Origin: Dendrobates tinctorius
Taxonomy: Eukaryota
NCBI RefSeq assembly: GCF_039654945.1
Contig: NW_027361814.1
Coordinates: forward strand, 11,222,001-11,286,000
Direction of reading: 5' to 3'
DNA: 64,000 bases
This document shows, in pieces, positions 23,161-35,807 of this stretch (position 1 is its first letter; every line of letters begins with the position of its first letter). Position numbers and translations under genes: made by a program. Below the pieces are notes generated by a model. It was not told the DNA's origin, did no database searches, and worked only from the letters and a program-made list of their open reading frames with translations.

Positions 23161-26100
23161 AGAAAAGTAAGTTTTGGGGACAAAGTCAGACGTGAGGTTA
23201 AGTATACACCTCACAAGTGCAGACCCGGGAACAGGAGATGGAGGTGCAGAGTCCGAGCCCTTGTGGTACCTCAGCAGCTCGAGGTTAATTACAGCTCCTA
23301 GGCTTGTCTGTGGCCATCAGACAGATGAAAATTACACATAACACTTAACGTGTAATTGCCCTTCATAACATGAGCTTTTCTCTTTTAAATGAGGCCATTT
23401 GGATAAAGAGATAACGAGATTCCAGCGTACGTTACTAATGTACCAGCCAAGCGTGGCGCACTTGGAGGGTAATGATGCAGGTGAGCAAAGCATACCGGGG
23501 ACCAATTATCCCTAATAAATGACTGTGCGACCTTCTCAGAACAGTGAGCAGAGGGCGACACGAGGAAAGGGCCAAGGTGGCAGCTGTTCTCTCAGGTTAT
23601 GGCGAGTACTCCCAACAAGTGCCCACCCGAACCAGAGCATAGGAAGAACGCGGCCATGGTCCCAGAAATGTGTGCTCGATGGACAAACTTTAACTTAAAG
23701 TGTCCTATATGTTATTAATATAAACCTATTAAGCCCTTGTAGTATCGACAAGAAACGATAACGCTTCTGGAGCAGGTAGTGAGCAGATGTGTGCGGAAGA
23801 TGCAAGGATGTGCTACTTCTCCGTCGGCCGTAGATTCTCTCATCCTGCCGATGAGTGTAATCTAATTCTCTTAGATGAGAAGAAGATAGAGAAAAAAAAT
23901 GTCTCCATTCTATGAGGACATTGAAATAGGACTTCACTCAGATGTCATCCGAGTGCAGTGATTTTTCCCACGCACTCATTGACTTGCATGGCCAATATCG
24001 GATCACACTCGGGCAGGCAAAAATTTTTCTCTTAGACAGTCTGTGTCCTAGGAAAAAAATGGGACATGTGCGCGGTCCAATAGTATAACACTGGTCAGGG
24101 TGCACTTGGACTGTAATACACATTCGTCTGCACCTGCCCTTAGGGATTCACAGACCAAAGCCTGCTACCATCACTGTTGTGTTGGCAAAGCTGGAAAAGG
24201 ATTCTTAAAACCCTGAATCACTCGGTGCCATTCCCAAGATGTTAAAACCCCAACCAAAGCAATATTAGGCCTCATTCAGACTTCCATTTTTTTTTTTTGC
24301 AAATGAGAAAAAATGGACTGTTTTTCATTATTGTGAAACATCCAATTTTCAGCCATGTTTGGTCCGTGTGTCACGTTTTACCACCGGCGTGGCATCCGGT
24401 TTTCTCGTATGCAAAAAAGAAAATTCCAAGCCTCTCCCAATGGACAGTCCAGGGTTTAATGATGGTCTTAGGCTTACAAAAGGGATTTTACACACTGAAG
24501 ATGTCAGTGGATCAATGGCAGCAGCATTGATGTTTGTACCGTACGTTCCAAACCTTCACTTTCCAAAATTCACTTTAGAATTTCCGTAAACGGACAAGAA
24601 GAATAAAAGTGGAGGCAATAAAGCGCGATGCACACTTTGATACCCCAGACTGACCGCTCTTACCCCCAGGCCGCCTTGCTGCTCATTATCTGCAGGCTCT
24701 GAGCGGAGGGGGGTTAATACGATGCCAATTCCAGGTCTTCTGATCTTTTATGACTTCCACAAAACATCTGCGTTGGTGAAACAATTGCGTAGATGCCCGT
24801 GCGCCATTTAATCATTAATCGGCTGCTGACGGGAACCTAAACAGTGATCGGGCATCTGCTCCCTCATTACATGGACTAACCAGGAACAATCATTGTTATC
24901 AGGAGAAGGAAAAAGAAGAAGTACCTTAAAGGATGATAAAAGTGACAATCCTGCCCGGCGGCAACGTCACTTTACGGGCTCCTGTAGATACCTGGTTTAA
25001 CCCGTAGTTGTGACGGATAGCACTCGCCCCCGTGATATTCAACGACGCCGTGCACAATCCGTTTTTCTTTTTCCTCCGACCGTGTGATCCAAGGAAAAAA
25101 GAAAAAAAAAAATTGCCAGCCTCCGAGAATCAGAAGTCACTCGCCCATTCGTGTCTATGGGTTCGAGAACAAAATCACATGACATCCGAGTGCGATCCGA
25201 TGACGTAATGAATTGGGTGGAGAAACTTTTTTTTTTCTCTCCACCTCCAAAAAAATTGGATCCCACGTTGACCATGATTAGCACACTCGCACCGATTTTC
25301 TCAGATGGAGAGACCACCGCCGTCTGCACCTGCCCTAAATTCTATCCCTTCCATGTTGGGTCTTTTCCCGAAATAACTAGTGGATAATTCATTTCTGAAA
25401 AAATAGAATATCCTCAGAAGAACCTCGGAATACATACTAGTTAGCTAGCCACCACTTCTTGGGCTGAAAGAATGGCGCCTACAGTAATCCTTCATGTGCT
25501 GCATTCACTGTGGATTTTCTGTGCAGATTTGCCTTCAGGAATACAGAACCAGTCATTTAGGTGATATTTCAAAAATGTCCACTTTTAAGATATTCCGTGC
25601 ACATAAATTGACCCGCGGTGCGGATTTTGTCATCTGCAGCATGTCACTTTTTCCCGGACATTTTACTCTTTGGATGAATTCTGCAAAAATATCTGCTCCA
25701 AAATCCTTTATTCCTACAGAAACTCGGGCAAATTTGCATCAAATCTACTCCCGCTATAATATGCGTACACACCCTTAATAATTCACTACCAACCGGTAAT
25801 ATTGCAACCGTCATTCTGTGCACTGAAGACTGCAGCTAAAGGTGTGTGCACAGGGCGCCTTACAGAAGACGGTGCACCAGGATTGCTTTGATAACGAGAG
25901 ACACTTAAGGGAAAGATCGGTGGTCTTCGGCGTCAGCATGTGTTTTTTTTTAATTATTTTCTGTGTTAATAGAGAGTGTCGTACGGAAGACGACACAAGA
26001 AAGGACCGATGATTTCTTTTAACGGAGTCACGATCCTTGAAAATCTAAAGAGGTTAAAAAGGAGCATAAAAAGACTGAACGTGTGCACAGCAAGTCATTT

Positions 26101-26828
26101 TGACATGGCAGTGCATATGTTCATTCTTTTTTGCGCTTCACTCAATGCTTTTTCAGGCGGATTCCAGGCAGAGTGCACCTGAAAAAGACGTGTACATACC
26201 CTAAGAGATGGATACAACGTGTATCCGCTAGCGACAAGCCCTATGAGAGCAGAACAGCTTGGATTTCAGTTTTGCGCCCATACATTGCAGGAAACTTTTA
26301 GGACAGGGAAGAGATTTGTGCTCTTGATGTATTACGCTCACAGAGAAGCTGTGATGTCTGAACAGGTAGCAATTTATTGACCGAAACTCAGGGAACCAAT
26401 GGCTGCTCCTGACCTCTCAGCGCGTATCTGGACTATGAATGATGGAAGTGTGAAACTGTCCAAAAGCTGTATGGATATGGATTGTAAGCGAAATCAGAAG
26501 CATATGAAGCTACGGAAGGGCCAAATAGAAGTCTATGGGCCCTGAATTAAAGGGGTTGTCCGGCCTTGGGCTACAAGTCTGCAGTCAATCTATATGACTG
26601 CAGACTTGTGAATCCTCACCGTGAGGATTATCCATTGCTGGATGAGGGCGCGTGACCGCACTTATGTGATTTGCATACATGAGGTCACATGCCGACTAGA
26701 TGTGCACGTCTAGTCAAAATGTGTCCAAAAGTATGAAAATCCCAGCATCGGATAGACCTCACAGTGTGCAGTACACTCATATGTCAGGCCAGTAGGCATC
26801 TGTATATATTATATATATATATATATAT

Positions 26829-27177
26829 GAGAACAAAAAGGAAATCCAGCAAGGACTCAGCAAACCAGGATTGGAGTAAAATAATACTTTTCTTTATTTC
26901 TTCAAAGGTTAAAAAGACGACCCACAAGGATCAGGAACCAGAGTGCGTGGCAGAAATAAACGCAAATGGGACTACGCGTTTCGGCGACCTAATCCTCCTT
27001 CTTCACGGTCCAAACGGTATTATTTTACTCCAATCCTGGTTTGCTGAGTCCTTGCTGGATTTCCTTTTTGTTCTCCTATTGAAGGATTTACTCCTAATCC
27101 AGTCCGTGCAAGAACTTGATCACCAGGTGGGAAAGACCCATGAGTCTCATTGCTGCAGCTGGACACTGACATACATA

Positions 27178-27180
<3 letters not shown>
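26829..27180. mobile_element. Penelope-like inverted pseudo-LTR fragment within (TA)n
   Basis: Perfect 59-bp inverted repeat (26829-26887 / 27017-27075); loop carries GAAACGCGTA on the minus strand; (TA)n on both sides. Confidence 0.6.
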
Positions 27181-27234
<54 letters not shown>

Positions 27235-27888
27235 CCCCCCCACCCGCTGGCTGTATGGAAATAAAAAAAAGTGAGGTCCTATAGGTGACAAAAAAAAAGT
27301 CCCCAAAAAGGGTCCAATCTATTTACTTTAACTTACAGCTAGTTTGTCATTTAGTGTTTTGTGAGTTTTTCTGTGTCTGGGGCTTCTCTTCTATGGGGAT
27401 GATCCGCTATGTAGCGTCATTACATTGTAAGTGTAATTCAACTAAAGACTTCTGTAAAGACTACTGAACATTTTAAAAGACAAATAGCAATAAATTCCAA
27501 GCCGGACGCCCCGGGCGCAGACGGCCCCCTGCGGAGCGGGATCATTTTATGGGAGATGTGTAGGCTTTGTGGTACCAGGGTCTTGTCCTGCCTGGTGGGG
27601 CACCGCCCGGACACCCGCCACCAGCTGCTCACTTCTCCAGTCACTTTCAGAATTTTATGGCAGGTTGTTCAGACAGAAGTTGTGTGCAAATCTCCAAGAA
27701 TACGCTGTAAGTGTCCACCCAGCCGGCCATTCACACGCAGGAGGGAGCAGATAGAAGAAGGTCCTCTCCTGCTGTCCTCTATTGATCAGGCACACTTCCC
27801 AATGAAAACATTCATTCTACACACTTGTCACTACAAAGATCAGAGACAACGAGGTAAAGAACGGACACAAGCACACGTCTGTTATTAA

Positions 27889-28501
27889 AGGGAACCTGTA
27901 ACCTCGTTTTGCCGCTATAAGATGCGGCCACTGTCTTTCAGGGCTTATCTACAGCATTCTAAGATAAGAAAAATAAGTTTTATTATACTCACCCGGGAGC
28001 GGACCGGGTACGATAGGCAGGTCCCAGGTCCGGCGCCTCCCATCTTCATGCGATGTCCTCATCCTGATTGCTTCGTGCTGTGCTCCTGCGCAGGCGTACT
28101 GATCTGCCCTGTTGAGGGCAGAGCTAAGTACTGCAGTGCGCGGGTGCCGGGAAAGGTCAGAGAGGCTCAGCGCCTGCGCACTACAGTACTTTGCTCTGCC
28201 CTCAACAGGGTAGATCAGTACGCCTGCGCAGGAGCCCAATGGCCTGGGAGTGACAATGCAAGCAGGTGGGCAACGGTGCATGAAGATGGGAGGCGCCGAC
28301 CCAGGACCTGCAACACCCATCGGACCAGGACCTGCGACACCCATCGGACCAGACCGCCCCCGGGCGAGTATAATAAAACTTATTTTTCTTCTCTTGCAGG
28401 TTGGATCAGGGGCACATATACAGCATTGCAAAATGCTGTAGATAAGCCCCGAATGGCGGTAGCCACGTCTTATAGCGGCAAAACGAGGTGACAGGTTCCC
28501 T
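27889..28501. mobile_element. T2/Kolobok-type palindromic MITE
   Basis: TTAA flanks; long TIRs agggaacctgtaacctcgttttgccgctataag / cttatagcggcaaaacgaggtgacaggttccct. Confidence 0.88.
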
Positions 28502-28819
28502 TTAAGAGTTTTAAACTTTCATTTTTTTATTTGCTCAGTATGGAAAACTATGAAACTTTGCAAATCACTTTATTAGGCGATTTGTCATAATTCCTGTAAA
28601 AAAAAAATATACATGTAAGTGGCTTCCAAAATGTTGCTTTTCCCCCAGTGTATTTACCTGCCTTCATCTGCCTTGACACCAGAACGTATTCATTTGGAGT
28701 ACAGATGATGGCAGTGATGGGTCAACACCTGTCTCCTCTCTGAGTGTCCTAATTTCCAGCAGCAGCTAATGTGCTAAGCTGACAAATCACTGCCATCATC
28801 TGTACTCCTATCCACATTT

Positions 28820-29225
28820 TTAACCTCTTAATATATTGCAGTCATCATATTATGTAGCACTGTGTACTTACAATTGCTCATTTTGCCTTTCTATCCAACT
28901 AAGTTTTCTCTTTTCCATTAGGTCTATAAAATCACGTGATTAAAAACTGACTCGCTCAATCCTTCTAAGCTCTATGTAGAAACAGAAGGTCAGTTTTCCC
29001 TGTATGAGTCATAAGTCACTGCAAAAGTACCTGGCATTGGGAAGGAGCGGAGCAGCTGGGTCAGGAGGTGAAGAGGGGAATGATAAATGCAGGGACAAGA
29101 GACTTCCTGTTTCTACATAGAGCAGAGAAAAGAGAACTATTATCTGGATAGAAAGGCAAAGTGAACAATTGTAAGTACACCGTGCTGTATAATATGATGA
29201 TTCCAATATATTAAGAGGATATAAA
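28820..29225. mobile_element. MITE with long imperfect TIRs
   Basis: cctcttaatatattg...tacttacaattg...ttgccttt is the inverse of aaaggcaaa...caattgtaagtac...caatatattaagagg. Confidence 0.65.
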
Positions 29226-32200
29226 CTTTGATGGGAGGAGGAGGAGGGCTTCTTTAATGCAGCTAAAGGCAGGCAAATAGGCGGGAAATACTGAGGCTTG
29301 GAAGCTGCTTTCATGGAATTTTTTTTTTTTTTTTTTTTTACAAGAATGAAGAGAAATCCTCTAATAAAGTTTTGTAACTTTCCATGCTGGACAAAAATAA
29401 AGATATAAATATATATATAAAAAATAAGATTTAGTTACTCTTACAAGTTCTAAAATCCTTTCTACACTGGCCCCGGAGACCCATGGGCTCCTTACTGATC
29501 TTCTGTAGGTCTTTGGCTTCATATGGAAGGACAGCGATCTCCTCCACTTATTTTACTTAGAGCCGCATTCACATGCCCCTTAGATTAATAATGGCCAGAT
29601 CTTCGGACCATCAGACATGTATGGGTTCTTCCAAACTCTCATCCGACAGCAGATATAAGGGGAGGGGGGGGGCAGTTTTCGGTATTCAAATTTCGACATG
29701 CTCTACTCTTTTGTTCTCGGGGGACATATGAGCCATACTTGACAAATCTCCCCGAAATTTTAGGACACTCAAGTACAGAGTAGAGACCTTTCAGACAAGC
29801 TGACAAATTTCCTGGGTGCTGTGAATGTCCCACTTATATGAATGTGGCTTGAAAAAAGGTAACATTTCTATGATATGACACGTGATGGCACCAAATAAAC
29901 CTCAATTACATATAACAGGATTCTCCGGCAGATTCTGAGGGATATGACGGTCAAGTAACCATAAGTATGCGATTTGTACACTCTCGGCCACATTCAGACT
30001 AGAGGTGTCCGGCACGTCTAGTTGGCACGGGACCACATGTATGTACAGTATATCACATACATGCAGCCACGCGCTTGCACGCTCCCAGGGCCGTGACTGT
30101 AGACTTGAACCCCAAGCATGAACAACCCCTTTAAAGGGAATTTGTCAACAGAAAATGACTTATTATATAAATCAGTTTTTTAAAAAATATATTTTGCAAT
30201 TCTTTTTCTCATATCATGATCTGTTTTTAAAAAAAAAAATAAAAAAGTACTAAATGAAAATAAAAAATAAAGTAATCTTGCAATTTTCACAATGGGCGCT
30301 GAGGCTATTTTAGACTCACGCTTACTGTCCTTTCAGGAACAATTTTCAGAAATCTCACTATCATCACAGACAGGAATACAATGACAAGTCACACCTCTAT
30401 TTCCCTAACTGATGTGTCACCGCTCCATTTCCAATGCTGTCTGATTCTTCCACCGGTCTCCATACTTCCTGCTACGCATGAACAGACAAGTGACCACTGC
30501 AGCCAATCATTGGCCTCAGTGGTGACCCAGGTGCGACTGCTGTGGCTGGTGATCGGCTGCAGTGGTCACATACCAGTATGGACTAAAAAGGAAGTAGATT
30601 GTCCCACGGCTCAGGTGCTGGTATCACTGCTCAGTGCTATCTGTGGATCGTCAGTCACTGCGTGCTCCTCTATATATAGACCTATGTACTAAGTATAGCT
30701 GCCACCTGCCATGCCAGACACTTCCAGACTTACAGCCGCTGCCCATCATGGAGGCGATCACAAGCCAGCTCCTTCTCTGACACCTTTTTTAACTCAAATG
30801 CCCAAAGTCAGACACAGTGACTGATAGCAGCATGAAAGATGCATGCTTCGCCCATGACATAAATCCTCATACACGGTGATGTGCTGCAGACTTGTTCTGT
30901 ACAGGGACCTACCAATCAGCGGAAGTCACCCGCAAGAGATTCGGAGCCCCACAGCATGGTACACCATGTAGTGGCCGTTCTCCGGTACTGCAACACCGCT
31001 GCTCCTATGCACAATATGATCTGAACTGCAGTACTCACGAATGGCCACTACACGGTGTATGGCGCTGTGGTGTCTCATCATCAGCTGATCGGCGGGGGGG
31101 GGGGCTGCCTCCCACCGATCTGACACTGATAACCTATGGGCAGAAGGCTGCCTGACGAAGCCATTATAAGGACCGTTCACTCAGTCAAAAGTGACCAATT
31201 ATTTGCTGTCATTTCACTCCCACTGCTCCCCTGATCATTCCATTATTTTTTTTTTTTTAAATTCAGTCATTTAGATCTAGAGATGAGGACCTTTTTATTT
31301 AGTACAATTTTTATGGTCTTTACGAGGAGGTGTGGTTCACAGTAATTTAAGACACGCCCCTGAGGATCTAGCTAGCCACACCCCTTAATAAAAACCCTAA
31401 CAATAACACTAAATAAAAAGGCCCATATCTCTGGAACAGTATGGCGGATTTACAAAAAATACTCAGCAATGGGCATAAACTAAGAGCAAAACTGACCACT
31501 TCGGACTTGTTGGCAGGTCGTCTTTAAAGGATTATTCCCAAGACAGTAAGTTATATGCTATCCACAGGATAAGGGATATCTTATAGATTGCTGGGGGTCT
31601 GACTGCTGAGACCCCCACTGATCCTGAGAACGGACCAGCAGAGCCCCAGCTCCATTCATTGTCTATAGGACTGCAGGCAATGGCGGAGAGCTCTACCTTC
31701 TCTGGGAGCCCCATAGACAATGAATGGAGCAGAGGTCATGCACGTTCTCAGGATCGATGGGGGTCCCAATGGTCGGACCTCCCACTATCAGTAGGTTATC
31801 CTCTATCCAATGGAAAGGAGGTAACTTACTCTTTGGGGAATAATTCATTCATATATCACAAAAACATTTGAAAATGCAAAGTTTTGCTGCAGATTTGCTG
31901 GAGGTTTCACTCTCTGGACTAAAAGGGGTGTAATCTACTGGGAAATTAGGGATGAGAGGGTCTGTGATGGGGTATAATGGGGTCCATCCATGTGACCCTA
32001 ATGTCCTGGTGGTCTTGTTAGGGGGATGATGAGCTGCAGCAGCTATGATGGCGCGGTAGCGGGGGTCTAGGTGGGCGAACAGTGGTCAAGTATGGACAGG
32101 GGAGGACATAGGGCCCTTAGACTGAGTGTTAGGGGTCAGCTGTAAGGGGTCGGGCAGAAGGGAGGACAGGTATCACTGTGGATGGGTAATACAGAACTAT

Positions 32201-32461
32201 GGAGAGCAGTAATAGGAAACCATCTGTGCGCTGATGTTCTAGGGGTCATGGATAAATCGCAGCTTAGTAGGACGTGTAGAATATCTATTGCTGGGGAATT
32301 GCATTTATGCCGATCCTGTAACGACTAGATTGTAAGAACTTGATCGCACAGACAGGTGACGGCGACATTCACCTGCAGATAAGCCCCGCCCCTTCGGATG
32401 ACTCCAGCCCCGCCCCATCACTTCCACACCACGCCCCCCGGCTGCCGTGCACGCTGCTCAC

Positions 32462-32580
32462 CTGCTGACCGCCTCGGTAGAGCCGGTTATGGCGGCGCCC
32501 CCCGCAGGGCCGCCGCTGTCATACAGGACCCCGCTGACGTCCAGCAGCACCGCCCGGACCCCGCTGGTCCAGGACGCCAT
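32462..32580 (-). CDS. LHPP: LHPP (phospholysine phosphohistidine inorganic pyrophosphate phosphatase) coding exon 1
   Basis: ATG 32580; MASWTSGVRAVLLDVSGVLYDSGGPAGGAAITGSTEAVS(R); GTGAGC donor; seven exons sum to 813 nt = 270 aa + stop; lies in a CpG-rich island. Confidence 0.96.
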
Positions 32581-32640
32581 GTCCAGGTTTTCCGACTCCA
32601 AGCTAGTAAGACCACGCCCACGTATGACGCATTGCAGCGG

Positions 32641-32660
32641 GGCATCATGGGACGTGTAGT
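32641..32660 (-). promoter_or_regulatory. ZNF143/THAP11 SBS motif in the LHPP promoter
   Basis: Minus strand ACTACACGTCCCATGATGCC fits ACTACAnnTCCCAnnATGC, 60-80 bp upstream of the ATG; GC boxes at about 32383 and 32407. Confidence 0.7.
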
Positions 32661-33298
32661 TCCGAGGCCGACATAGAAGTTCCTTGTTGTTTGGGTCTTG
32701 TTGCTGGAAGATGATCAGGAGAAAGCAATCAATAACCGAGAGCAGCGGGAATAAAATAAACCAAATCTGACCGGGGGATGAGGTTTCTATGAAGACGCAA
32801 AGTATTAAAAAAAAAAAATTAGTAACTTTTTCTTTCTTTTGAGATTTTGCAGCCCAGGAGCCTCCTGTGTGCCCTCCATCACCCTACACCACCCCCGTCC
32901 AGGTAGATGTCAGCTGCAGTGCTACTGCTCCATGGCGTTCCTATACGTCATAGTCTGTCACCCCAAGTTTAGACATTAAACTCAGCCAATAGCCTTGTAG
33001 GAGATGGAGCAACAACCCAAAAAAAATCATTCTTTTTAATCTGCTCCTCCATTGCCCCTAAAAAACAACATTAATGTAGTATGCAAATGAGCCTGTTCAG
33101 TGCACCCTCAGCAGGGCTCAATGCCTCAGCGGGCGATCCACACACTTATTGGGTTAGTTCCAGTCCTTAGATGTTAATTGGTCGCTGGCCTACCCCGAGC
33201 CTGCACTGTCTGCATGTCGCCTCCTCTATGCCTGTGCAGGAGAGGGCACACCGATCGCTCGCTGCTGACACTGCTCGTCTCCTCTGCTGTCATTGTGA

Positions 33299-34094
33299 TG
33301 TAATGACGTGCAGGTGCTGAGTGTGTCACCACGGAACAGACGGACCAACAGTTAAAGGGAGGTTTATTTACAGGGATGTAAACTGGCAATAGAACAGTGT
33401 GAGTATTGGAAAAGTGAAACAGGTTATCAGATATGAGCAGTCATAACAGTGTCTCTTGGAAAGAACTTATCAGTCTGAAGGGGACATGATTGAAGGGTCG
33501 AACTTCTCCCACGTTGGTACCGAACAACAGCAGCACTTGTCGTCTCCAGTCTCTGTGAACTCTGTGGTCTTTACTAATCCCCAGCCAGGGTCTCAGGGGT
33601 TACTGCGGGAGCCGGAGGGGATACGAGGCAAATGAGGTCCCCTCTGCTCCGAGTCCTTCACTCCCACACTACAGTTTAGTCTCTCCACAGGGGCGCGGGG
33701 GAAACTGTCTCTGCACGGGGCACAGTCTCTGCACGGGGGTCAGGACACACCTCAACTGTCACTGCTGACTCCAGCTTCACGTAGTCACGGGCTACAGTCT
33801 CTCTGTGCGGTCCCCCGGCCTTTGCCTTCTGAACGGGAGCTCTCTATCCCCCGGTCTGCGGCTGCGTCTTGTCCTGACCGCTGCCCTGAGGTCTGCGCGC
33901 CCACTTCTGCCCCTCTCTGCTTCCTTCCTGTGCAGCACCACTTCCTCCTCCCCACTGCTACTGACAGGCCCCTGATGCAGTCGGTCCAGGTCCAAGAGTC
34001 TTCCCCCTGGCAACCCTACTGCGCAGCTATATGGTTCCGGGCATGGAGCTGAGGAGGTAAACCCTTTCTTGTCCTTATGCTTCACCCCCTTACA
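33299..34094. mobile_element. Possible solo LTR
   Basis: TGTAA...TTACA termini interrupting one unit of the host repeat; no matching TSD. Confidence 0.4.
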
Positions 34095-34613
34095 AGGAGA
34101 GCGCACACAGATAACTCTCTCCTCACTGCTGACATTGCTTGTCTCCTGTGCTATTACTTCAGTGCAGGAGAGAGTACACAAATTATTCTCTGCTGCTGAC
34201 AATGCTCGTCCCCTCTGCTGTCATTTTGGTGCAGGAGAGAGCACGCAAATCACTCTCCTCGCTGCTGACAATGCTCGTCTCTACTGTCACTTCAGTGGAC
34301 GAGAGATGACACAAATCACTCCTCACTGCTGACATTTCTCATCTCCTCTGCGATCACTTCAATGCAGAAGAGAGCACACAAATCACTCTCTCCTCACTTC
34401 TGACATTGCTCGTCTCCTCTGCTATTCAGTGCAGGAGAGATGACACAAATCACGCTCTGCTCGCTGCTGACAATGCTCGTCCCCTCTGCTGTCATTTTGG
34501 TGCAGGAGAGAGCACACAAATCACTCTCTGCTGACAATGCTCGTCTCCTCTGCTATTACTACAGTGCAGGAGAGAGCACACAAATCAATCCTTCCTTGCT
34601 CCTTACATTATTT

Positions 34614-34876
34614 CAAGATAGTAGGATTTTTTATCCACCAGCAGAGATTCAATTGAGCAAATGGATGAAATATAACTTTTAATCAAAAAGGTTTAAAAAT
34701 TCATACACAAAACAAACATCACCCTTGTGACTAAATCAAAAACCACAAAAAAAAAAAAAAGTAAGACACTTTTTGTGGTTTTTGATTTTGTCACAAGGGT
34801 GATGTTTGTTTTGTGTATGAATTTTTAAACCTTTTTGTTTAAAAGTTATATTTTATCCATTTGCTCAATTGGATCA
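34614..34876. mobile_element. Penelope-like inverted insertion with 11-bp TSD
   Basis: Near-perfect inverted repeat of about 100 bp (34650-34751 / 34770-34871), flanked by direct repeat ttacattattt (34603-13 and 34877-87). Confidence 0.6.
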
Positions 34877-35807
34877 TTACATTATTTATAGCTGTGCAGC
34901 GATGTCAGCAGCGAGGAGAGAGAGATTTGTGTGCTGTATCCTGCACAGAGACAAGAGATCACATAACAGAGGCCAGCGCTGTCAACCAACATAGAAACAA
35001 TAGTCATCTAAATAAGTGGGTGGAACGGTGCACCGAGGCATTTAGCCACTCCAAGGGTGCACTAAGCACTTGCATTTGCATATTAAAATAATGTTATTTT
35101 GGAGGGCAGCAGAGGAACAGAATAAAAAAAGAAAACAAGAACGATTTTTATTGCTGCTACATCTCCAACAAGGCTATTGGGTTAGTTTGAAGTGTAAATT
35201 TGGGGTGACCGACACCCTTTAAATCGACTTACATTTCAGGCTTTAGGAAGCTGATTACTTTCCTCCATGTAGGTACAAGCCGCACAATGTCAGTTTCTGG
35301 GCTTGATGTCTATGTCTAATAATGAATCCGACCAGCCGCACCTTTGAAGGCCAAACCGCGCCGCGCTCCGTTATCAGCCCAAGCCACACGCTGAGAGTAT
35401 TGATTTCAGCTTGCTCTAGTCATCAGGACAGGTCGGGGGGTGATGTACACCCTGGATCAAAGCAATTTAAAGGCTTCACGGGGACAGAATATTAATGGTG
35501 ATGAAGAAGATGGAAGGAAAATATGAAATAAGAAATGAAACAGAAAAAAATACAAGTACGGTAATTAATATAATAACTAACATTTCTTCTAAATCGTTGT
35601 TTCCTTAAGGACTGGTAGAAGTGAGATCTACAGAGTCTTTCCTGGGGACGGTACCAGATTGGAGCACCGAAATGTACTCATATAAAGTAGCAGAGACTTG
35701 GATACACAGGAGATCTGGGGTAAGGTACAGGTGGAGCAGGGTGTATTGCAGCAATATCTGTCTTATATTGCAGCTGTGATTAGTTTAGCTGTCACTTTTA
35801 TAGGATA

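Larger units (their letters stand above)
32955..35222. mobile_element. Composite T2-like MITE with internal tandem repeats and nested insertions
   Basis: Ends gtcaccccaagtttagac...ccaatagccttg / caaggctattggg...aaatttggggtgac...ctttaa; internal units of about 60 bp (gtgcaggagagagcacacaaatcactctc) at 34095-34590. Confidence 0.6.

Noticed and set aside
32530-32545. HAD motif I reads DVSG rather than DxD
   Set aside because: Normal for LHPP orthologues (recalled human DISG); not a defect
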